Below are positions 8,763 to 16,132 of a stretch of DNA of 64,000 bases, one piece after another. The first letter of the stretch is position 1. Every line of letters begins with the position of its first letter. Below the pieces are notes generated by a model, which did not search any database, was not told where the DNA came from, and was given only the letters and a program-made list of their open reading frames with translations. The translations under genes and the position numbers were made by a program. The stretch comes from Eubacteriales bacterium (GTDB taxonomy: Bacteria; Bacillota; Clostridia; Oscillospirales; CAG-272), in assembly GCA_045657165.1 (NCBI GenBank), contig JAZOSP010000067.1, positions 3,268 through 67,267 on the forward strand. The letters run 5' to 3'.

Positions 8763-10115
8763 ATGCTTTTTAGAAAAATCGAAAGGTTCATCAGAGAATA
8801 TTTGACTTCAGACAGCAACAAAATCTTAGTGATTGACGGTGCACGTCAGATTGGTAAATCATATATCATCCGCGAAGTTGGAAAAGATCTTTACAAAGAA
8901 AACTACATTGAAATAAACTTCGTCGAAGATAAGCAGGGGCCTCAGCTTTTTAAAAACATAAACACTATTGAAGATTTTTACTTCACGCTTAGCACTATCG
9001 CTGGCGAAAAAATGAAAGGCAAAGAAAACACCTTAGTATTTATCGATGAGATTCAAGTATATCCTCAGTTTATCACTCTGCTGAAATTTTTAAAACAAGA
9101 TAATAAATATACGTATATTGCATCTGGTTCTCTCTTGGGAGTTACTCTCTCCAACATAGGATCTATTCCTATTGGATCAATGGAAATCAAGAGAATGTAT
9201 CAGCTTGATTTCGAAGAGTTTTTGATTGCCAACGGATTTTCAAAAGAAGCAATCAAAATTCTTGAAAACAAATTTTTAGCAAGAGAAACTCTTGACGAAG
9301 CAATGCACGACAAGTTGCTGGATTTGTTTAAGAAATATTTAATTGTCGGCGGACTTCCTGATGCCGTAAATGAATTTTTAAAAACAAGAAACGTTGTTGC
9401 TATACGCAAAATCCAAGAAGACATAAAAACATTTTATGGAGAGGATGCGTCTCAATACGATATTGAGAACAAATTAAAAATCAAGCGTATATACGATTAT
9501 ATTCCATCGGTTATGCAGAACACCAAAAAACGCATCGTGGCAAAAGATATAGAAGGCATCGTCGGAAAACGCTTTGCAAACTATGTTAATGAATTTGACT
9601 ACTTGATTTCTTCCGGAATAGCACTCGAGGTTAAAGCTATTTCCAATCCCGTTTTTCCTTTAATTCAATCAGCAGATAAAAACCTTCTCAAACTTTATAT
9701 GAACGACGTAGGTTTGCTCTCCGGTATTTTGTATAACAATAACGCAAAACCGATTCTTGAAGACGTGCGATCAGTTAACCTTGGTGCTCTTTACGAAACA
9801 GCAGTGGCAGGCCAACTTAAAGCTCTCGGCCATAAACTCTTTTATTACGATAACAGAAATAATGGTGAAGTTGATTTTATGATTGACGATTACGATAATC
9901 TTGCGGTTCTTCCTGTAGAAGTAAAAAGCGGAAGAGATTACACCACTCACAGTGCGCTGAATCATTTTATCACCAATGATAACTATCCCGTTAAAGCCGG
10001 ATATGTTTTATCAAATGAAAGAGAAATTAAAACCGTAGGCAAAATCACGTACTTCCCTATATATTTCGTAATGTTTCTTAAACCAATATCAAGCGCTGAT
10101 GAGGTCTTGATATAA
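8763..10115 (+). CDS. AAA+ ATPase with DUF4143-type C-terminal domain, ~450 aa
   Basis: ORF track frame 8700..10115. I moved the start to ATG 8763 (MLFRKIERFIREY...) because of the strong RBS. Walker A VIDGARQIGKSYI and Walker B LVFIDEIQ. The overall layout is typical of the COG1373-type ATPase. Confidence 0.8.
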   Translation: MLFRKIERFIREYLTSDSNKILVIDGARQIGKSYIIREVGKDLYKENYIEINFVEDKQGPQLFKNINTIEDFYFTLSTIAGEKMKGKENTLVFIDEIQVYPQFITLLKFLKQDNKYTYIASGSLLGVTLSNIGSIPIGSMEIKRMYQLDFEEFLIANGFSKEAIKILENKFLARETLDEAMHDKLLDLFKKYLIVGGLPDAVNEFLKTRNVVAIRKIQEDIKTFYGEDASQYDIENKLKIKRIYDYIPSVMQNTKKRIVAKDIEGIVGKRFANYVNEFDYLISSGIALEVKAISNPVFPLIQSADKNLLKLYMNDVGLLSGILYNNNAKPILEDVRSVNLGALYETAVAGQLKALGHKLFYYDNRNNGEVDFMIDDYDNLAVLPVEVKSGRDYTTHSALNHFITNDNYPVKAGYVLSNEREIKTVGKITYFPIYFVMFLKPISSADEVLI

Positions 10116-10142
10116 AATCATATTTTATGCCTTGAAACAAAG

Positions 10143-10190
10143 AAAAGCCGATGAAGATTGTATGGTTCTTCATCGGCTTTTCTTTGTTTT
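10143..10190 (+). terminator. Rho-independent terminator
   Basis: A perfect 14-bp stem, AAAAGCCGATGAAG (10143-10156) with CTTCATCGGCTTTT (10168-10181), has an 11-nt loop and is followed by a T-rich tract. Confidence 0.8.
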
Positions 10191-10537
10191 GTGCTGACCA
10201 TTTTTCGAGTAGCAGACGCTTTTTAAACTATAGCTTTTCTTCTTTCAAAGGCTATATGTTTTTTGAAAGAAAGCAGAAAAACACCTTTGCAAAACCGCTC
10301 TAAATGTTTACATAACGGAGCGCATCTTTTGTCTGTAATAACGCTGTTTCTTACTAAAACAACTAATCTACATTTTTCCTTTATACCTCTAATTTTGACA
10401 CCAACGAATTCTGTAATATACGGAAATAACGGAAAATTTACTACAAAACAACACATTTTACTAGAAAATATGGAAAATTTGCAACGCAAAGTTTACAAAA
10501 TACGCTTATCGGTCCGTTGGGGTGGTAGAGGCCGCAA

Positions 10538-10561
10538 GTTCAAGTCTTGTCACTCAGACCA
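10538..10561 (+). repeat. Left 24-bp direct repeat (attL-like core), tRNA-3'-end-like
   Basis: GTTCAAGTCTTGTCACTCAGACCA is repeated exactly at 16133-16156. With the preceding GCAA it reads as a T-arm (GCAAG/TTCAAGT/CTTGT), a 7-nt acceptor strand, a discriminator and CCA. The matching 5' acceptor strand CTGAGTG is not present upstream. Confidence 0.75.
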
Positions 10562-10670
10562 AAAATCCGCGAGAGCGGAACACAATAGGTTGATTAAATC
10601 AATCGTATTATCACTATATTTAGTGGTTTTATGGTTATTTAGTCAACCTTTTTTGTTTTCTCTTTCGGGG

Positions 10671-10694
10671 CGAGTTGCAAAAAAAGTTGCAAAA
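10671..10694 (+). repeat. Tandem GTTGCAAA motif, left-arm copy (candidate recombinase arm-type site)
   Basis: CGAGTTGCAAAAAAAGTTGCAAAA lies 110 nt inside the left core. A near-identical copy (1-nt indel) at 16008-16029 lies 104 nt before the right core, in the same orientation. Confidence 0.5.
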
Positions 10695-11062
10695 CCCTAC
10701 ATCGAAGGAATAATGACAAACTTTTTTGCAGATTTTGCCCAAAATCCTAACGCATTTTCAAAAAGCGCGGTTCTAAAAAAGAAAAATAGTCTCCTTGTCT
10801 TGATTGATTTTTGAAACATTCCTTAAAGGTTTTCGGTAAACACCGCAAAGGGGGGAGTTGTCGGTTACGGTACTATAAGGGGAAACCGCAACGGTGAGTA
10901 CATTATATAGTACGGTGAACGGTCAAGTCTATACAGACGGAAACGGGTTGCGGTGTTTGCTACTCTTACTGAGGGTACACCCACGCACACCGACAAACCA
11001 CGCTATAAAAGCGGAAACCACAAAAATCACATTCCCCCATACGGAAAGAAAGGACACAGAAA

Positions 11063-12217
11063 ATGAACACTACGAAAAGCAAAGCACACACGGGACGAGA
11101 ACGCATAGAACGAAACATAGCAAGAGACAGAAAAACGGGGCATTATCTTGTCACGAAATATTGCGGTTACAATGACAAGGGTATTCAAAGAACAACCGTC
11201 ACTTGTCAAACCCTCAAAGAGGCGCGATACATAAGAGAAACACACGAAATCGAACGCAAAAAGTACGGAATGACAAGTTCTAATACACAAATTACCGTAG
11301 CAGAATGTATAGAACAGTATATCGCAGAAAAAAACCTTGCAGAAACAACCAAAGACAATTATAATACGCGCCTAAAGAGAATAGTCAAACACCCTCTCGG
11401 CAAGAAAAAACTTGTTTCCGTAAAAAAGATTGACATAACGCGCTATATGGGCGAAATAGAACGAGAGGGACTTTTGAACAATAGAAGCATAAACGGGGAT
11501 AGGCGCTTATTACAAACGATTTTTAATTACGCAATAGATTGCGGTTACGTTTCACAAAATGTTGTTAACACCGTTCCCAAAATGCAAGAGGAAACATTTG
11601 AAGGTACGGCATTAACCAAGGAAGAAGTACAAACCCTAATGCAAGCAATAGACGATTGCCAAGACAAACGCCTAAAAGTTATTGTTTGTCTCGGTGCTCT
11701 ACAAGGTATGCGCAGAGGTGAAATTTTAGGGTTGAAATGGGAAGATATAACTACGGGGGCAGACGGTTCAAGAATATCTATACAACGGGAGAGAGTACCC
11801 GTAATAGGAGCAACAATCATTGAAAAAAGTCCTAAAACAAAAAACAGTCGCAGAACAATTCCCTTGCAATCTCAAACACAACGAGCGTTGGAAGAATACC
11901 GCTCAACACAAGCAGAATTAGGAATTACGGGAGAATACATAGTATTGTCAAACAAAGGATTGCCTATAAGTCCTACACGAATAAACAATATGTTCAATCA
12001 ATTTCTCAAACAAGCAGGATTGCAACACATACGGCTGCACGACCTACGACACACTTGTTGCACGCTACTGATTGAACACAATGCGGGTTTTCCCGTAGTA
12101 TCTAAATATTTAGGTCACTCATCATCACGCACTACGGAAAGAGTTTATACACATTTGCGCGATAGTGTGACAGATAACACCGTAAGCATATTTACGGATA
12201 TTTTCGGGGATATGTAA
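11063..12217 (+). CDS. Tyrosine-type site-specific integrase, 384 aa
   Basis: ORF track. GMRRGEILGLKWEDI (box I Arg), HDLRHTCCTLL (H-x-x-R) and LGHSSSRTTERVYTHL (catalytic Tyr). The N-terminal SAM-like domain carries ...TVAECIEQYIAEK. Confidence 0.9.
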   Translation: MNTTKSKAHTGRERIERNIARDRKTGHYLVTKYCGYNDKGIQRTTVTCQTLKEARYIRETHEIERKKYGMTSSNTQITVAECIEQYIAEKNLAETTKDNYNTRLKRIVKHPLGKKKLVSVKKIDITRYMGEIEREGLLNNRSINGDRRLLQTIFNYAIDCGYVSQNVVNTVPKMQEETFEGTALTKEEVQTLMQAIDDCQDKRLKVIVCLGALQGMRRGEILGLKWEDITTGADGSRISIQRERVPVIGATIIEKSPKTKNSRRTIPLQSQTQRALEEYRSTQAELGITGEYIVLSNKGLPISPTRINNMFNQFLKQAGLQHIRLHDLRHTCCTLLIEHNAGFPVVSKYLGHSSSRTTERVYTHLRDSVTDNTVSIFTDIFGDM

Positions 12218-12446
12218 CGCCCACTTCCCGACAGAACCGCCAAACGTGCAATCTCAAAACCATTGACTATAAGGAAACTTTGCAAGGGGCAAATAAAACC
12301 GTTTGGTAAAATAGGCGTATATAGACACCGCTACCCGTCCCCACATTCCCACCACTACAAGGAAACTATAAGCAAAACACGGGTTGGCGGTGATACGAAA
12401 AAAGGGATTTTCCCGAAAAAGGCACAACAGAAAGGAGAGCGCAAAA

Positions 12447-13562
12447 ATGACACACACCGCAGAGTTACACATAGCAATCACCCCCGAAGAACACCGCGCA
12501 CTAATCGAGCGAAAAGACAAACGGTGGGAGCGCGACAGTGACGGCAATCTGCATTGTCATATCCGCACGTTAGAACCCTACGGAATAACCGATATCAAAC
12601 CAAAGAAAGCAAAAACACGGAACGGTTTTCCCTATTATTTTTGTATTGTTATAATCAATTTACAACGCATTGTAAACAACGGAAAGCGCACAATAGAAAC
12701 ATATCATAACGAGAGGGATTTTGAACCCTTATCAATAAACTTTGCTAAATTTATTTCATCGGTTCTCCCTCTCCGCACTGACTTAAACGAGTGGAGTTTA
12801 CAAAGAATAGATTATAATATTGACTTGAAGCTAACACCCCGTGAGGTTGAGCAATATATAACCCTCTTACAACGTGGGGGCAAAAATCATAGTTGGCACG
12901 TTCACGAATTTGCAGACGAGGAAAAGAACCGCAAGGAAAGCAAACACGGACACCGAAAGAAAACACACCCTACGGGGAGCGTACTATTCGACAATAAACA
13001 ATACTCTGTAAATATCTATAACAAGCACTTGGAGCGGTTAAAGGTTCAAGAGGAACGAGGGAAAACCGACACCGCAGAATTAAAGGCAAGCGAGGGGGTG
13101 CTACGGATAGAAATTCAAGTCAAAAAGAATAAGTTAAACGCCATAAAAAGAAATATCAAAAGCGACTTTGATTTTGACGGAAAACCCATTGAATATTTTG
13201 CACGTTATGATGTGGCAGTCCCTATTGTTATGAGGGCATTGGAAGATATAACGGGTAGAGCCGATTATAGCACCTTTGAGACCGCCAAAAAACGCGTTTT
13301 GAGCGGTGTAAAGACCAAGAGAACACAAACGGCTATCGTTGATTTTCTGCGCCTTGTAACGCACACAAAGAGCCTTTGGAGAGCCAAGGAATTGTTTGAG
13401 GGTGATATAAAGGCAGAAACGATTTTAGAGCATTTGAAGCGGTTAAACATTAACCCCGTAACAATACCCGTATCATTCAACCGTGATATTATGGATAATC
13501 TTTTTGATATTGTCGCAGTGCAATTTGCAGAGGAACGAGAACGCGCCACAGTAACAGTATAG
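12447..13562 (+). CDS. Rolling-circle replication-initiator-like protein (Rep_trans / phage gene II-X-like), ~371 aa
   Basis: ORF track frame 12384..13562. I moved the start to ATG 12447 (MTHTAELH...), preceded by an AAAGGAGAG RBS. The pattern WSLQRIDYNIDL ... VNIYNKHLE ... GVLRIEIQVKK resembles the R.D..D / iY.K..E / lR.E block order of RCR initiators. This call rests on memory of the family pattern only. Confidence 0.45.
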   Translation: MTHTAELHIAITPEEHRALIERKDKRWERDSDGNLHCHIRTLEPYGITDIKPKKAKTRNGFPYYFCIVIINLQRIVNNGKRTIETYHNERDFEPLSINFAKFISSVLPLRTDLNEWSLQRIDYNIDLKLTPREVEQYITLLQRGGKNHSWHVHEFADEEKNRKESKHGHRKKTHPTGSVLFDNKQYSVNIYNKHLERLKVQEERGKTDTAELKASEGVLRIEIQVKKNKLNAIKRNIKSDFDFDGKPIEYFARYDVAVPIVMRALEDITGRADYSTFETAKKRVLSGVKTKRTQTAIVDFLRLVTHTKSLWRAKELFEGDIKAETILEHLKRLNINPVTIPVSFNRDIMDNLFDIVAVQFAEERERATVTV

Positions 13563-13803
13563 AACCCTACAAGTTCTAAAATATAAATAGAGATACGAAA
13601 AACGGGCATTTTAGGAGCAAAAAAACATTGAAAGTTCCCACTATAAGGGGTGTTTCTTGAAATCGTTTTAGAGATTAAAAAATTCTCTTGTGAAATTAAG
13701 AAAATCGCTTCTTTTTCCTCTGTTTTTGCCAAAAATCCGAAAGGAACGCTAAATAACAAGCAAAATATTAAGAAAATCACCACTACAAGGGGAGTTTTCG
13801 AGA

Positions 13804-14232
13804 ATGTATAGAGAAAGGGAAAATCTTATGAAAAAATCGGCTTTAATGGTACAATGTGAAGCAAGTAACAAATACAATCCGTACATATTATCGCGCTATC
13901 TAACGAGAGAGACAGACGGAACGGTTATTGTTGACCGCACAAAAGCCACACAAAACAAGGACGATGAGCGTTTATTTTTGGTGGTTCTTAATCGTGAATA
14001 TTTATGGAGATATAGGGACTTTGAACACGTTACAATGTATTTTGAAATAGACGGCAAAACGGTTGTCGGTGGAGTATATAACACTCGTACAAAAGAACGT
14101 GAAACACAGTGCGTTATTGCTACGGAGATTGGCGAAGGTAAAGCATACGATTGGCTTTGTTATTCATACAATGCCGACACCTTGAACAAAATTATAGGGG
14201 CAATACAGAACGCGCCACAGAGGGCAAAATAA
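13804..14232 (+). CDS. Hypothetical protein, 142 aa
   Basis: ORF track. An AAGGGGAG RBS lies 8 nt upstream, and an alternative start exists at MKKSALM. I recognise no family. Confidence 0.5.
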   Translation: MYRERENLMKKSALMVQCEASNKYNPYILSRYLTRETDGTVIVDRTKATQNKDDERLFLVVLNREYLWRYRDFEHVTMYFEIDGKTVVGGVYNTRTKERETQCVIATEIGEGKAYDWLCYSYNADTLNKIIGAIQNAPQRAK

Positions 14233-14305
14233 AGCCGTTAGAGCGCGTTTGAGGATTTATCGAGGCACAGAGCAAGACAATAAGAACGCCTTTTGTGAGG
14301 CATTT

Positions 14306-14333
14306 GAGAGGGCATTTCAGCCCTCTCTTTTTT
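14306..14333 (+). terminator. Rho-independent terminator between convergent genes
   Basis: GAGAGGGC (14306-14313) pairs with GCCCTCTC (14320-14327) around a 6-nt loop and is followed by TTTTTT. The hairpin overlaps the last codons of the convergent recombinase gene. Confidence 0.55.
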
Positions 14334-15006
14334 CGTCCTTTAACTCTGCCTTGTATTTATAAAAACTGTTACGGGATATTCCTGCGAGCTTGATACATTC
14401 CGCATCGGATAGTGTACCGCCAAAATCTTTGGAATGTGTACGGATAATCTCTTTTGCTGACACGCTTTTTTTAGTGGTGAGTTTTACCCCCGTTTTGCCA
14501 CCGATTTGTTTACCGTTCAAACGAGCCGTAACAATTCCCTCTCGGGTTCTTTGGTGTAAATCCTCAACCTCCTTCTCTGCTTGTTCAAATGCAAGGCGTA
14601 TTTGCTCTTTTGCGAGTTCTAACAAATACTTATTGATACCCTCTAAAATGTAGTCAACCGCTGTTCCCGTCATTGGTACGGAATTCTGTATTGCCCTTTT
14701 ATATGTTTGAGTGTTTATTTGCGGTTCTTTAAGAAATACAAGGTCTATATTACGATTGTATAACATTTCATATACCGCAAAACCCTCATCGGCATTTCTT
14801 GACATACGGGAAACGGAGTCAAAAATAATGGTGTCTCCCTCTTTTACATTTTTCATCAATCTATCCCAAGAGGGGCGCGTGAGTGTTGTTCCCGTGTATT
14901 CGTCTTGTAGAATAACCGCAGAGGGATATTCACTTTTAATATTACGGATTTGTCTTTCAATATTCTGTTTCTTTGTTGATACTCTTGCATAACCATATTG
15001 TTTCAT
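14317..15006 (-). CDS. Serine recombinase (resolvase/invertase family), 229 aa
   Basis: ORF track. The N-terminus MKQYGYARVSTKKQNIERQ carries the catalytic Ser. DSVSRMSRN is also present, with a C-terminal HTH (LAGISRNSFYKYK). AGGGAGAA RBS. Confidence 0.9.
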   Translation of the reverse strand: MKQYGYARVSTKKQNIERQIRNIKSEYPSAVILQDEYTGTTLTRPSWDRLMKNVKEGDTIIFDSVSRMSRNADEGFAVYEMLYNRNIDLVFLKEPQINTQTYKRAIQNSVPMTGTAVDYILEGINKYLLELAKEQIRLAFEQAEKEVEDLHQRTREGIVTARLNGKQIGGKTGVKLTTKKSVSAKEIIRTHSKDFGGTLSDAECIKLAGISRNSFYKYKAELKDEKREG

Positions 15007-15039
15007 TTTTCGTTCTCCCTTGTCTTAAATCGAACCTTC

Positions 15040-15129
15040 GTTCGTTTTGGTACTGTAATTATAGCACAACGAAAACGGTTTGTCAATAGGTTTTGGTACA
15101 TTTTTTCAAAAGGTTCGTTTTGGTACTGT
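15040..15129 (+). repeat. Direct repeats containing TTTTGGTAC, upstream of the serine-recombinase gene
   Basis: GTTCGTTTTGGTACTGT occurs at 15040-15056 and again exactly at 15113-15129. A shorter copy, GGTTTTGGTACA, lies at 15089-15100. A fourth TTTTGGTA sits at 15307-15314. Confidence 0.6.
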
Positions 15130-15226
15130 CGAGGGGGGTATTTTACAATCTCAAAAATAACCGCAAACAACAATCGCACCGTGTCACTCTCTTTCACTCT
15201 CACGGGGAGAAATCCCGAAATCCATA

Positions 15227-15255
15227 TTGACATTTACGGGGTTTTGATGTATAAT
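15227..15255 (+). promoter_or_regulatory. Perfect-consensus sigma-A promoter
   Basis: TTGACA (15227-15232), a 17-nt spacer, then TATAAT (15250-15255). It lies ~180 nt upstream of the zinc-ribbon gene. Confidence 0.65.
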
Positions 15256-15261
15256 ATGAGC

Positions 15262-15415
15262 ACCACACATTTTTGAATATATGCCCATTTCAAGGGGGAA
15301 TACTGCCTTTTGGTAAAAACGTATTCTCTCACCCTTTGACGTGGGCAAAAATGTGTGGTAACATTGAGAGGTATGTTTTTCGGTGTGTCTCTCAATGGGG
15401 CACACTTTTTTATTT
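15262..15415 (+). promoter_or_regulatory. Structured 5' leader or small RNA: long hairpin plus alternative antiterminator/terminator
   Basis: A 14-bp perfect helix pairs ACCACACATTTTTG (15262-15275) with CAAAAATGTGTGGT (15346-15359) and encloses nested helices. CATTGAGAG (15362-15370) then pairs with CTCTCAATG (15389-15397). That pairing competes with the terminator stem 15383-15391/15397-15405, which is followed by TTTTTT (15406-15411). Confidence 0.45.
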
Positions 15416-15434
15416 GATAAATAGGGGGTAAACT

Positions 15435-15953
15435 ATGAATAATAACGAAAAAGATAATTTGCCTAAATGCTCAAAATGCGGAAACACAGTATTTTCCAAC
15501 ACTTGCCCATACTGCCATACGCAAGTAATTGAGGACAAAAGAAGCACACAAAAGAAGAAAGAACACCCACTCAAAACTATTCTTTTAATTGCGTGGGTAA
15601 TCATTCTTATAACGGGTATTGTTCTATTTATACCTATGCTTATTTCTCCCTCGCTTGTCCTTGCTGGAATAGAGATATTCTGCATTATATTTGGTTTTAT
15701 TCCCCTGATTTTTATGTGTCTCAAATCGGCTACACCGCAGGATTGGGAAAACTTGAAAAAAGGTGCTCAAACACCGCCAAAAATCCAACCGCTTACAAAA
15801 GACGGAACGGAAATTCATTGTCCGACTTGTGGTTCTACGGATATCGAAAGAGTATCACTTACTACAAAAGCCGTAAACATTTGGGCGTTTGGTTTGCTCG
15901 GCAATAAACGCAACAAACAGTTCAAGTGCAAAAACTGTAAATATATGTGGTAA
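15435..15953 (+). CDS. Zinc-ribbon membrane protein, 172 aa
   Basis: ORF track. N-terminal CSKCGN...CPYCH and C-terminal CPTCGS...CKNC Cys4 pairs flank two hydrophobic helices. RBS AGGGGG. Confidence 0.65.
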   Translation: MNNNEKDNLPKCSKCGNTVFSNTCPYCHTQVIEDKRSTQKKKEHPLKTILLIAWVIILITGIVLFIPMLISPSLVLAGIEIFCIIFGFIPLIFMCLKSATPQDWENLKKGAQTPPKIQPLTKDGTEIHCPTCGSTDIERVSLTTKAVNIWAFGLLGNKRNKQFKCKNCKYMW

Positions 15954-15971
15954 CATCTATTACTTATGGGA

Positions 15972-16000
15972 TTGACAATATCGAAATCACGTGATATAAT
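15972..16000 (+). promoter_or_regulatory. Perfect-consensus sigma-A promoter pointing out of the element's right end
   Basis: TTGACA (15972-15977), a 17-nt spacer, then TATAAT (15995-16000). There is no ORF between it and the right repeat. A second promoter-like TTGCAA-17-TATAAG lies at 16023-16051. Confidence 0.6.
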
Positions 16001-16007
16001 AATAACG

Positions 16008-16029
16008 CGAGTTGCAAAAAAGTTGCAAA
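16008..16029 (+). repeat. Tandem GTTGCAAA motif, right-arm copy
   Basis: CGAGTTGCAAAAAAGTTGCAAA is the partner of 10671-10694. Confidence 0.5.
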
Positions 16030-16132
16030 CGCACATCTCCCCCACTATAAGGAAACTATCTTAATCAACCTTTTTGAGTGTAAAAATCAAAACATTCCAC
16101 TATATGGAGACTATATAAACACAGTGATTTGT

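Noticed and set aside
10470-10561. Possible tRNA or tmRNA gene ending at the CCA of the left 24-bp repeat
   Set aside because: Only the T-arm and the 3' acceptor strand are present. No complementary 5' acceptor strand (CTGAGTG or wobble variants) and no D or anticodon arms occur within ~100 nt upstream. The acceptor also lacks the G3:U70 pair expected for tmRNA. I call it an att-site repeat, not an RNA gene.
10263-11175. ORFs 10263-10814 (183 aa) and 10894-11175 (93 aa) near the left end of the element
   Set aside because: The first runs straight across the att repeat and the chromosome-element junction, and its sequence is junk-like. The second has a plausible AAGGGGAA-N9-GTG start, but it overlaps the integrase gene out of frame and ends in low-complexity T/H/K/R sequence. 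Neither has enough support to call as a gene.
15262-15359. The 14-bp inverted repeat as the ends of a DNA-invertible switch for the adjacent serine recombinase
   Set aside because: The enclosed segment is only ~70 bp, far shorter than known invertible segments. The left arm starts exactly at the predicted transcript 5' end, and nested complementary helices fill the interior. This fits an RNA hairpin better. It remains testable by looking for both orientations in reads.
10872-16052. Resemblance of the CCACTATAAGG motif to the CACTATAG core of T7/SP6-type phage promoters
   Set aside because: The element encodes no single-subunit RNA polymerase. The upstream -17 to -5 recognition region is not conserved between copies, and the core differs by an extra A. 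I treat the resemblance as coincidental.
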